A stretch of 38,238 nt of DNA. Source: an uncultured Thermotogae bacterium (lineage in GTDB: Bacteria; Bipolaricaulota; Bipolaricaulia; M55B111). Position 1 is the stretch's first letter; the number at the start of each line of letters is the position of its first letter. Position numbers and translations under genes: made by a program. The notes below the pieces were generated by a model. It saw only the letters and a list, made by a program, of their open reading frames with translations. It did not search any database and was not told the DNA's origin. The DNA is taken from positions 1 to 38,238 of the forward strand of contig CAZRDU010000002.1 of the NCBI GenBank assembly GCA_964599005.1, given 5' to 3'. Below, in pieces: positions 1 to 8,104 of this stretch.

Positions 1-327
1 TGCGTATTCATCCATAGCGAAAATATGGAGATGGTCGCAGGGTATTTCGAACTTATTAATCATTCGAGCTGCCAGCGGGTATTGAGGCACCGGACCTAAA
101 GGGAAAATCCCCACGAGCTCTTGACCCTGCTTGTGTGCTTCCATAATCCGGCGAACTATATCGAGAGCAAACTCGAAGTAAAAGTCAGCCGGTTCTTCGA
201 TAATTCTGATGTTAAATTCCTGGTTTTCATGTTCCGTTAGCTCTTCTTTTGATATACGCCTGACTTGTTCGCACTTTTCTCGGTCCCTAAAATCTATAAA
301 CTTTGCAAGTTCGTACTGAAAAGACAC
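1..327 (-). CDS. NagB-like sugar-phosphate deaminase / 6-phosphogluconolactonase superfamily protein. Only the N-terminal 109 codons are present; the gene runs off the left edge.
   Basis: Own translation of the minus strand. GTG at 327-325 lies 6 nt after AGGAGG (339-334), and the frame stays open to position 1. The product VSFQYELAKF...GIFPLGPVPQYPLAARMINKFEIPCDHLHIFAMDEYA ends in the FxMDEY motif typical of glucosamine-6-phosphate deaminase-like enzymes. It is absent from the ORF track because of the non-ATG start and truncation. Confidence 0.45.
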   Translation of the reverse strand, partial: MSFQYELAKFIDFRDREKCEQVRRISKEELTEHENQEFNIRIIEEPADFYFEFALDIVRRIMEAHKQGQELVGIFPLGPVPQYPLAARMINKFEIPCDHLHIFAMDEYA

Positions 328-564
328 TATATACCTCCTTCTTTGAATTAATAAAAATGGTAGAAAAAATAGATTCGCTTAAGGGAAACTTATAAAGTAG
401 CATATCACTTTTAAAAGCTGGATTCAACTATAACAGGCAGGTAAGGAATAAAAAGCTATGGAGTCTAAAAATGAAAAAACCCGGGTAAGCGTGATGCTAA
501 TGGAAAAGCAAGTAAATAGCTTAGGTCAAACAATTCGGAAAGCCAAACCCTGCTGAACTCCGAT

Positions 565-867
565 TCAACTTTCCCTTTCTTCTATATGCGGTCCGGTCTG
601 GAAAGTTATCGCCTTCGTATTGATAAAACTATCGACGACCTTTTTCCTCCCGGAGTAAAGCAACCGCTGCAGGGTGCCTCTCGAAATATTCATCTCCTCG
701 GCTGCTTCCGTTTGATCCATCCCTTCCTTATCACAGAGGCGCATGGCTTCAAGCTCGTCCAATTCTACTTCGGTCATCGGTAACTGATTCATCGGGGTAC
801 CGGCGGGCTTGAATACTTCCGATCCCCTGAACTTCCGACAATGTCGCATCTTCTTTCTTCTTGGCAT
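565..867 (-). CDS. DUF134 (UPF0251) family small putative DNA-binding protein
   Basis: Track ORF 565..978(-) trimmed to the internal ATG at 867-865. MPRRKKMRHCRKFRGSEVFKPAGTP...LDELEAMRLCDKEGMDQTEAAEEMNISRGTLQRLLYSGRKKV matches the DUF134 signature: MPRxxK..C, FKP.G, LDE.EA.RL.D.EG..Q.EAA..M.ISR.T. The 37 upstream codons are Cys/Ser-rich and non-homologous. Confidence 0.8.
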   Translation of the reverse strand: MPRRKKMRHCRKFRGSEVFKPAGTPMNQLPMTEVELDELEAMRLCDKEGMDQTEAAEEMNISRGTLQRLLYSGRKKVVDSFINTKAITFQTGPHIEERES

Positions 868-976
868 ATCACTTAAAAATATATTGAATAGAGCACTGCA
901 CTGCAATGGGGAGTTTATTATTTTGCAACTGCAGCAGGAAAAAGTTATTCTTTCTCCTGATTCGAACCAACAAATC

Positions 977-2644
977 ATGAATAAAAATAAGACCTTAAAA
1001 GTTACTGCGCTGCTTCTTGCCCTGATTGTACTGTCTTTGACCGCCTATCAGGTCACGAAAAGACTGAGCTGGGATTTCGGGACGAAACAGTACTCAGTCG
1101 CAGTTAGATACAAAGATATCGAAAGGGCGAGCCCGATCTTCGGGGAAACGGAACTCGGGCTGACGGAGAACTTAGTCCGAACCGGAGCGGATATCGTCCT
1201 TTTCCGAGAAAATCTGGGATCGGAGGGCGGCTTCGCGCCACCGGAGTTGCTGTCCGAGCTTAAAAACACGAACGCCACCAGAGGCCTGGAAGTAACTAAC
1301 CTCCAGATGGCCGAAGAAAAGGATTATCGTGCGCTACTTGAGTTTCTGAAGAAGCTGAAACCCGAGTTCGTCGTCCTCCGTGGGCTGTCCTCTCCGAATA
1401 TCCCGGATTATCTGGTGGACTGGCTCGGTGAAAACGACCTGATCCTCGGCGCGGTAGAATTTCGCAACCAGGAAACCGTCCAACGGCTCGCGAAAGAGGA
1501 AGAATTGCAGGTTGTCCGACTCCACAGGGTATTCGACAAGGAAGTCGGGACTCTCACACCGGTCGAGAAGAAAGCCAGGTACGAAAGAGCCGTGCAGGAA
1601 AGGAACATCGGAATCATAGAATACAGAATAACCACGAACTCCGGCCTGGAAGAACAGCTGGACACTTTAAGCTCGATTCAAGAAAATCTTTCCGGGACTG
1701 GGTACGCAACAGGTAAACTGGATACCGTTCGGGGGGCAAGCGAAGATGTGAAAACTCGGGCTTTCGTGGCTGCTCTCCTGCTCTCGGGAAGCTTCGGGCT
1801 GTTCCTCTGGGTACTTATTCCCGACACCTATTTAAGCCCGGCCCGGTTAATAAGCGTAACAGTCCTGTCATTCGTCGGTTTAATAGTGGGAACGCTGACT
1901 TTACCCACTTTAACAATACAGGCCGGTGCTCTGATTCTGGCGGTATCGGCACCGCTGGTTGGCTATAAACTGGTACTGCAGTACGGAAGGTCTTTCCGCG
2001 ATGATCCCGGCTTAATTGACCCGCTGCTGGATCTGATCTGGATGAGTCTCTTTTCGACTCTGGTCGGGCTCATTATCTCTTCGGTAATGCTGGACGAAGT
2101 ATTTCTACTAAAACTACAGCAATTTCGCGGCGTCAAGGTTTCTCTTTTCTTCCCCCTTCTAGTTCTGGTGATAGCGGCGATCTCCCGGGGGAGTTTACGC
2201 CTATCCGAGATAAAATTTGACTACAAAAAAGCCTTCCTCGGAACTCTGCTCCTGGGCTTATTCCTCTTTCTCCTTTTCCGGAGCGGCAATTTTACCTTTC
2301 TCCGCAGTACCGAACTGGAAGAGGCGATTAGACGCTGGCTCGAAAACGCCCTCTTTGTCAGACCGCGGTTTAAGGAGTTCGTGCTCGGCCACCCCAGCTT
2401 AATAGCCTGGCTTTACATCGCCGGCAGGTATCGAAAAAAGTTTCAGCTTTGCAAGCTCGCCTTCTTCCTGGTAGGATTTATTGGTCAGATTTCCATTATA
2501 AATACTTTTGCCCATATTCATACCCCTGTCACAGTATCTCTTATCAGAACAGCAAATGGTCTGGCCGGGGGATTAATTCTGGGAGCGATTTTACTGTTGT
2601 TTATAGTCGGGGGGGAATACCTCTGGAAACTCCAAAAAGGATAA
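977..2644 (+). CDS. Polytopic membrane protein with an N-terminal signal anchor, a soluble extracytoplasmic domain of about 250 aa and a multi-TM C-terminal half. It resembles the DUF5693 proteins that accompany csaB.
   Basis: Track ORF 809..2644 trimmed to ATG 977 (MNKNKTLKVTALLLALIVLSLTAY, a signal anchor). The first 56 codons overlap the DUF134 gene on the other strand. The C-terminal half is a series of hydrophobic helices. The DUF5693 assignment comes from remembered family architecture and its adjacency to csaB, not from a search. Confidence 0.6.
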   Translation: MNKNKTLKVTALLLALIVLSLTAYQVTKRLSWDFGTKQYSVAVRYKDIERASPIFGETELGLTENLVRTGADIVLFRENLGSEGGFAPPELLSELKNTNATRGLEVTNLQMAEEKDYRALLEFLKKLKPEFVVLRGLSSPNIPDYLVDWLGENDLILGAVEFRNQETVQRLAKEEELQVVRLHRVFDKEVGTLTPVEKKARYERAVQERNIGIIEYRITTNSGLEEQLDTLSSIQENLSGTGYATGKLDTVRGASEDVKTRAFVAALLLSGSFGLFLWVLIPDTYLSPARLISVTVLSFVGLIVGTLTLPTLTIQAGALILAVSAPLVGYKLVLQYGRSFRDDPGLIDPLLDLIWMSLFSTLVGLIISSVMLDEVFLLKLQQFRGVKVSLFFPLLVLVIAAISRGSLRLSEIKFDYKKAFLGTLLLGLFLFLLFRSGNFTFLRSTELEEAIRRWLENALFVRPRFKEFVLGHPSLIAWLYIAGRYRKKFQLCKLAFFLVGFIGQISIINTFAHIHTPVTVSLIRTANGLAGGLILGAILLLFIVGGEYLWKLQKG

Positions 2645-3759
2645 CTATTTCCGGCTATTACGGTTACGGCAATCTCGGCGACGAAGCAATACTGAAATCC
2701 CTCGTGAATTCCCTGCAGGATCGCTATTCTTCCGAGAAACTGGAGATCGTTACCCTCAGCAATAACCCGGAAAAGACCCGGGAATATCATGGCGTGTCCG
2801 CTGTAGATCGCTGGCACCCCCTGGTCCTTATTCGGACTTTAAGAAAGTCCGACGTGCTCATAAGCGGCGGTGGAGGATTGCTTCAGGATAACACCAGCAC
2901 TTTTTCCCTCTGGTATTACCTGGGAATAATTTATCTGGCTCGAGTTCTTTCAGTTCCAACCTACGTCCTCGGTCAGGGGATCGGGCCCATCAATAAAAGC
3001 TATAACGAGACCCTTTTACACCACACTCTAAAAGACGTAAAGGGTTTTTTGGTCCGGGATGACAGGAGCTGCGAGATACTGAAAACTCTGGGGGTTAACG
3101 AAGAAAGGGTCATTGTCGGGGAAGATCTGGCTTTTTCTCTCCCCGGGAAGAAAAAGAATCCGGACGATTTTCTTCCCTCACCCGACAAAGATATCGTCGC
3201 GGCGGCTTTAAGAAATGATATCAAGGGTAGATCGGACGTATTAAGGGCCGTTTCCAGTGGACTTGATATGCTGCAGGAGAAATTTGGAGTCAGTATAGTC
3301 CTGTTTTCTTCAAACTCTTCTTCCGATAGAGAGATGAATAATGATATTAAATCCGCGACGGATGCCACCTGTAATATCATAGACGTAGACCATTTATCTC
3401 CAGTACAATTGGTTGAGATGATGCGTGGCCTGGACCTGGTGATCGCCGGAAGATTACACACCCTTATTTTTTCTTTTATCAGCGGAACACCTGTCCAGGG
3501 AATTAGTTACGACCCCAAGATGGATTACTTGATTGAGGACGTAAATGAACTCGAACCGGAAAGTAACTTCTCGCTCTGGCACCCGGAAGACCTGATTAAC
3601 GCGACGGAATACCTATCGGACCTGGAAACAATTTATAAGCAGAAGGCTGAGCTACGGAAAACCACTAACGTGGTCAGACGAAAAATGAACGAACGAGCGA
3701 CAGGGAAATTAAACCAGGCTCTGGAATGGATTGATCGAGAATTAAAGTATGACAGCTGA
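2623..3759 (+). CDS. csaB: Polysaccharide pyruvyl transferase CsaB (start codon unresolved)
   Basis: The conserved CsaB N-terminus ITISGYYGYGNLGDEAILKSL starts at 2641, followed by LISGGGGLLQD and GQGIGP motifs. No ATG, GTG or TTG lies in frame between 2449 and 2704. I placed the start at CTG 2623, 7 nt after a G7 run (2609-2615). ATA 2641 and ATT 2647 are alternatives. The 3' end at 3759 is secure. Confidence 0.7.
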   Translation: METPKRITISGYYGYGNLGDEAILKSLVNSLQDRYSSEKLEIVTLSNNPEKTREYHGVSAVDRWHPLVLIRTLRKSDVLISGGGGLLQDNTSTFSLWYYLGIIYLARVLSVPTYVLGQGIGPINKSYNETLLHHTLKDVKGFLVRDDRSCEILKTLGVNEERVIVGEDLAFSLPGKKKNPDDFLPSPDKDIVAAALRNDIKGRSDVLRAVSSGLDMLQEKFGVSIVLFSSNSSSDREMNNDIKSATDATCNIIDVDHLSPVQLVEMMRGLDLVIAGRLHTLIFSFISGTPVQGISYDPKMDYLIEDVNELEPESNFSLWHPEDLINATEYLSDLETIYKQKAELRKTTNVVRRKMNERATGKLNQALEWIDRELKYDS

Positions 3760-4738
3760 TAAAATGCAGGATGGTCCTCCTGTACACGATCCGGTAATGG
3801 TCCGGGAAGTGATCAATTACCTCAAGCCGGAAGAAAATCGGTCCGGAGTTTATTGTGACGCCACTACTTCCACGGGTGGTCATGCAGCTGAAATCGCCGG
3901 TGAACTGGGTCCGTCCGGCACCTTTATTGGGCTTGACCTGGACAAATCAGCTCTTCAGGTGGCAAGTGACAGACTTACGGGACTACCACCCAGGATCGAA
4001 CTATTCCAGGCAAATTTCGTAGATATTGATGCTGCAATCGAAGCTGCTGGAGTTACCGGAGCAGACGGTATACTGTTCGACCTCGGATTCTCTACTTTTC
4101 AAATAGAGGATCCGGAAAGGGGGTTTTCCTTTCAGAAGGAGGGCCCACTCGACATGAGGATGGATCCAGGGAGCGAACCTACGGCGGAAGATCTAGTTAA
4201 TGAATATTCCTTCGAAAAATTGAAGGATCTGATAATTCGCTACGGCGAAGAAAGATGGGCAGACGGGATAGCTAAAGAAATAGTCAATCGGAGAGAACAG
4301 GAGAAAATTACCACGACAGGAGAACTAGTATCTATAATTGACTCAGCCCTGCCAGAACCGGAGAAAAGAAAAAGGAAGACACACCCGGCGACCAAAACAT
4401 TCCAGGCACTGAGAATCGCGGTTAACGACGAGCTAAACAATCTGGAAGAAGGACTTGAAACGGCCTTTAGCCTCCTGAAGGAAGGCGGGGTAATTGTAGT
4501 TTTGTCCTACCATTCGCTGGAGGACAGAAGGGTCAAACGGTTTTTGAATTACAGGGCAAAGGATTGCATCTGTCCTCCCGACTTACCCGTTTGTCGCTGT
4601 GATAAGGAATCGGAAGTCGAAATCCTGACAGAAGGGATGGAGAAGCCGACCAGAGAAGAGATAGATCGGAACCCCAGAGCCAGGAGCGCCCGCTTGAGAG
4701 CGGGGAGAAAAAAATTCAGCAGCCAGGTGTCAACTTAA
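3749..4738 (+). CDS. rsmH: 16S rRNA (cytosine1402-N4)-methyltransferase RsmH (MraW)
   Basis: HDPVMVREVINYL...DATTSTGGHA...GILFDLGFSTFQIEDPERGFSF...LDMRMD...HPATKTFQALRIAVNDEL...SYHSLEDR matches the RsmH family along its full length. It overlaps the csaB stop by 11 nt and is followed directly by ftsL. Confidence 0.92.
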   Translation: MTADKMQDGPPVHDPVMVREVINYLKPEENRSGVYCDATTSTGGHAAEIAGELGPSGTFIGLDLDKSALQVASDRLTGLPPRIELFQANFVDIDAAIEAAGVTGADGILFDLGFSTFQIEDPERGFSFQKEGPLDMRMDPGSEPTAEDLVNEYSFEKLKDLIIRYGEERWADGIAKEIVNRREQEKITTTGELVSIIDSALPEPEKRKRKTHPATKTFQALRIAVNDELNNLEEGLETAFSLLKEGGVIVVLSYHSLEDRRVKRFLNYRAKDCICPPDLPVCRCDKESEVEILTEGMEKPTREEIDRNPRARSARLRAGRKKFSSQVST

Positions 4739-5002
4739 ATGAATAACTATCCCGGCTGGTTCAAAGTGCTTGCGGCTACTCTAATTATACTGTCACTTAT
4801 ATTTCTTTACCTCTGGCAGGGCTGGCAGGTTATATACCTTCAGCGACGCGTATCGCAACTGGAAGAAGAACTGGTTCCGCTTGAAGAACGAAAAAAGGAA
4901 CTTCAGCTGGATATTGCCCGTTATTTCTCCCTGGCAAGAATCGAAAGAATAGCCAAAGAGAGACTCGGAATGGTCGAACCCGGGGTTTCCGAGGATCAAT
5001 AG
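4739..5002 (+). CDS. ftsL: Cell division protein FtsL / septum-formation-initiator family
   Basis: An 87 aa bitopic protein with one TM helix (FKVLAATLIILSLIFLYLW), a coiled coil (LQRRVSQLEEELVPLEERKKELQLDI) and a C-terminal ARIERIAKERLGM motif. The ATG abuts the rsmH stop. It sits in the canonical position between rsmH and the PBP. Confidence 0.7.
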   Translation: MNNYPGWFKVLAATLIILSLIFLYLWQGWQVIYLQRRVSQLEEELVPLEERKKELQLDIARYFSLARIERIAKERLGMVEPGVSEDQ

Positions 5003-5055
5003 CTCCATGGAACCCACGCTTGACATGGCGAAAAAGTCCGCACCTTGAGGACGAT

Positions 5056-6768
5056 ATGATAAATAGAAAGAGACTTTTCTTCGTTGCTTCCGTTCTAATC
5101 GCTGTCATTGGCCTGGTAATATGGAGGCTCGTTTCCGTACAGATCCTGCAGCGGGAAAGCTGGGACAGGCGCGCCGAGGCAATCCACGAGAAAAAGGTCA
5201 AGATTCCGCCGGAAAGAGGCAGGATCTACGATAGAAACGGTCAACTTCTGGCTTTCAATCGGGAAGCATACCAGGTAGCAGTAGATTCTTACAATATGAC
5301 CAAGCCGGAACTTATGATAGACATCCTGGTGGACGAACTGAGGATACAGCGAAGAAAACTCGAATCCCTCGTCTACCGGGAATCCTACTTTACCTGGATC
5401 GATCGGTCAGTCAGCTACGAAACGGGCAAGAGAATCAAACAACGAGTCGAAAACGCTGATATTGACGGATTAATCCTTATAGATTCCAACAAAAGGGTTT
5501 ATCCGAAGGGAACCCTGGCCGGTTCTATAGTCGGTTTTACCGGAGTTGATGGCGAAGGGCTTGCGGGGGTCGAATACTCCATGAACGATGCTCTGGACGG
5601 GAAGCCAAAAGTCCAGAGGATAATTTACGGGGCAAATCGTTACCCGTTCCGAAGGAAAACCCTGGTAGAAGGCCGGTCCGGTTACGACGTTTACCTGACT
5701 CTGGATCTAAAAGTACAGTATATTTTGAAAAACGAACTACAGCAGGGAGTCGAAGAATTTGAAGCGAAAAAAGCCTGGGGAGTGGTTATTGATCCAGCCA
5801 GCGGAGCAGTTCTTGGAATGGCTCAGAACAAAGGATATAATCCAAATGTGTACGATAATTACACGGGGGAAGAAAGGAAAAATATCCCGATAAGCAACAG
5901 CTTCGAACCCGGATCTGTCCTCAAAGTATTCTCCGGCCTGGCCGCCCTGGACCACGGAATTGTCGAACCGGATACGATGGTGAACGGGAACTCACCAATT
6001 TACCTCTATAACCACCCGATAAGCAATGCTCAGTACCGCGATTACGGAGTCGTCCCGTTCTCCGAGGTAATAAAGCATTCCATAAATACCGGGATTATCA
6101 GGGTGTCCCAGGACCTGGGGGAACGGAAACTTTACAATTTTCTCAATAAAGTCGGGTTTGGGAAAAAAACCGGAATCGAGCTACCCGGGGAACAATCAGG
6201 CTCCTTAAAGCATTATAGCGAGTGGTCGGGGCTCTCAATCGGCTCTATTCCAATCGGGCAGGGTCTATCGGTAACCGCTCTACAGCTGGCAGCAAAGATG
6301 GCGGGGGTCGCCAACGGGGGCAATATGGTAAAACCGACGATCATCAACAAGGTCAGGACACCTGGGGGAGAAACAGTTTCCTCTCTGGAGAAAAAAGATA
6401 GCATAGGAGGATTGTTCGCTTCGCCCGAATCAGTTAGCGAGATGAAAAATATGTTAAGAAGTGTGGTCAAAGACGGCACGGGCCAGGACGCGGCAATACC
6501 CGGATACAGCGTTTCCGGTAAAACTGGAACGGCGCAAAAAGCGGTACCCGGTGGGTACTCTCAGGACAAATACATTTCTTCCTTCGTCGGCTTCTTTCCC
6601 AGGGAGAACCCCCGGTACCTTATACTTATCGTACTGGACGAAGTTGGAACCAGACCGGTATGGGGCGGGGCAACGGCCGGTAAAATTTTCAAAGAAGTGG
6701 GAGAAAGAATTATCAACTCCGTAAGGGGTGACAACCTCGGCCCCGCTAAGGAGTCACAGTCCGATTAG
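5056..6768 (+). CDS. ftsI: Class B penicillin-binding protein (peptidoglycan D,D-transpeptidase, FtsI/PBP2B type)
   Basis: N-terminal TM anchor, PBP dimerisation domain, and transpeptidase motifs SVLK (SxxK), SIN (SxN) and KTGTAQ (KTG). The start is set at ATG 5056, 6 nt after GAGG. ATG 5020 is the longer alternative but has no SD. Confidence 0.9.
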   Translation: MINRKRLFFVASVLIAVIGLVIWRLVSVQILQRESWDRRAEAIHEKKVKIPPERGRIYDRNGQLLAFNREAYQVAVDSYNMTKPELMIDILVDELRIQRRKLESLVYRESYFTWIDRSVSYETGKRIKQRVENADIDGLILIDSNKRVYPKGTLAGSIVGFTGVDGEGLAGVEYSMNDALDGKPKVQRIIYGANRYPFRRKTLVEGRSGYDVYLTLDLKVQYILKNELQQGVEEFEAKKAWGVVIDPASGAVLGMAQNKGYNPNVYDNYTGEERKNIPISNSFEPGSVLKVFSGLAALDHGIVEPDTMVNGNSPIYLYNHPISNAQYRDYGVVPFSEVIKHSINTGIIRVSQDLGERKLYNFLNKVGFGKKTGIELPGEQSGSLKHYSEWSGLSIGSIPIGQGLSVTALQLAAKMAGVANGGNMVKPTIINKVRTPGGETVSSLEKKDSIGGLFASPESVSEMKNMLRSVVKDGTGQDAAIPGYSVSGKTGTAQKAVPGGYSQDKYISSFVGFFPRENPRYLILIVLDEVGTRPVWGGATAGKIFKEVGERIINSVRGDNLGPAKESQSD

Positions 6769-6796
6769 TCCGAGAGACAATTTACCCTGGTCCAAG

Positions 6797-6824
6797 TTGC
6801 CTTTTTTACGAGACCGGTTAAAAT
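6797..6824 (+). promoter_or_regulatory. Putative sigma-70 promoter for the aminotransferase gene
   Basis: TTGCCT (6797-6802), a 16 nt spacer, then TAAAAT (6819-6824). It is followed by GGAGGGG and ATG 6845. Confidence 0.35.
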
Positions 6825-6844
6825 AATTTATGGAGGGGTTTAAA

Positions 6845-8059
6845 ATGAAAAATTTCTTGTCAAAAAGAGCGAAGAATACAGGCAGGTCAGCTATCAGGGA
6901 GGTCCTAAAATTTACCAAAAAGCCCGAGGTGATCTCTTTTGCCGGGGGATTACCGAAACCGGGAACTTTCCCGAGTCAGGGACTGGCGGAATCCGCCAGG
7001 CACCAGATAAGAGATAACTACCAGCAGTCCCTGCAGTACGGGACGACCGAGGGGGTAGAGAAGTTTCGCAAAGAAATGATATCCTGGCTCTCCGGATTTG
7101 GTATGGAGATAGAGCTGGAAAATATCATTGCTACCAATTCTTCCCAGCAGGCAATTGATTTAGTCTGCAAAGCATTTATCGACCCGGGAGACGTGATTTT
7201 CTGCGGGCTCCCGACTTATCTCGGAGCGGTCCAGGCATTTTCTACTTTCCAGGCTGACAACGTCGGTGTTCCTTTGAGAAAAGACGGGATGGATTTAGAA
7301 AAACTTGAGGAAAAGATAAAGGAAGTAGAGGAAGCGGGAAAAGAGGGAAAATTTATTTACATAATCCCCGATTTTCAGAATCCCACGGGGGTTACCCTGA
7401 GTGAAGAAAAACGCGAAAGGATTGTAGAAATAGCCGAAAAATACGACCTTATTATAGTAGAAGACACGCCTTACTTCGGCGTAAGGTTTTCCGGAAAATT
7501 CAAGAAACCAATTTCGACGTTCGATCAGTCGGGCCGGGTCATTACCCTCGCTTCTCTATCCAAGATCCTTTCATCGGGTATGAGACTGGCCGTTACCGTA
7601 GGACCGGGGAAGTTGATCCAGGAACTTGTAACCATGAAACAGGCAACCGATCTATGCACCTCGACTACGACTCAATGGATAGCTGCCGATTGGCTGGCAA
7701 ACAACGATCTATCCGAGCATCTCGATGATCTACACAATTACTACCGGGAAAACAGGGACGCAATGCTCGATGAAATGGAGAAAAGTTTCCCTCAATCCGA
7801 CGACCTGACCTGGACCGAGCCAAATGGCGGTTTATTTATCTGGGTCACTCTACCGGAAGGGATGGATGCGGTAACAATTTTCCAGAAGGCGCTGGAAGAA
7901 AACGTCGCATTCGTCCCCGGGCATCACTTTTACGTGGACGACAGCGGGAGAAATACCATGCGGCTTTCTTATTCTCTGCTTAGCACCGAAGAAATCAGAG
8001 AAGGTATAAAACGTCTGGGGGCGGTGATAGAGAAAGCACTGAATCCTGTTTCCAATTAG
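6845..8059 (+). CDS. PLP-dependent class I/II aminotransferase (2-aminoadipate/aromatic aminotransferase-like, no HTH domain)
   Basis: RSAIREVLKF...ISFAGGLPKPGTFP at the N-terminus, IPDFQNPTGVTLS, and the PLP-lysine motif SLSKILSSGMRLA. ATG 6845 lies 6 nt after GGAGGGG. ATG 6830 would sit on top of the SD. Confidence 0.85.
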   Translation: MKNFLSKRAKNTGRSAIREVLKFTKKPEVISFAGGLPKPGTFPSQGLAESARHQIRDNYQQSLQYGTTEGVEKFRKEMISWLSGFGMEIELENIIATNSSQQAIDLVCKAFIDPGDVIFCGLPTYLGAVQAFSTFQADNVGVPLRKDGMDLEKLEEKIKEVEEAGKEGKFIYIIPDFQNPTGVTLSEEKRERIVEIAEKYDLIIVEDTPYFGVRFSGKFKKPISTFDQSGRVITLASLSKILSSGMRLAVTVGPGKLIQELVTMKQATDLCTSTTTQWIAADWLANNDLSEHLDDLHNYYRENRDAMLDEMEKSFPQSDDLTWTEPNGGLFIWVTLPEGMDAVTIFQKALEENVAFVPGHHFYVDDSGRNTMRLSYSLLSTEEIREGIKRLGAVIEKALNPVSN

Positions 8060-8104
8060 ATCAGTAACTTCTTAAAATCAGTACTGACTGCAAGGGGTGG
8101 AAAA

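Noticed and set aside
809-976. N-terminal 56-codon extension of the track ORF 809..2644
   Set aside because: It overlaps the DUF134 gene on the opposite strand. It is Cys/Leu-rich with no homology. The signal-anchor sequence begins at the ATG at 977.
2449-2622. ATG-initiated 5' extension of the csaB ORF (track ORF 2449..3759)
   Set aside because: It lies entirely inside the TM-coding 3' end of the upstream gene in another frame. The translated sequence (MQARLLPGRIYWSDFHYKYFCPYSYP...) is not CsaB-like. It is retained only as context for the start-codon problem.
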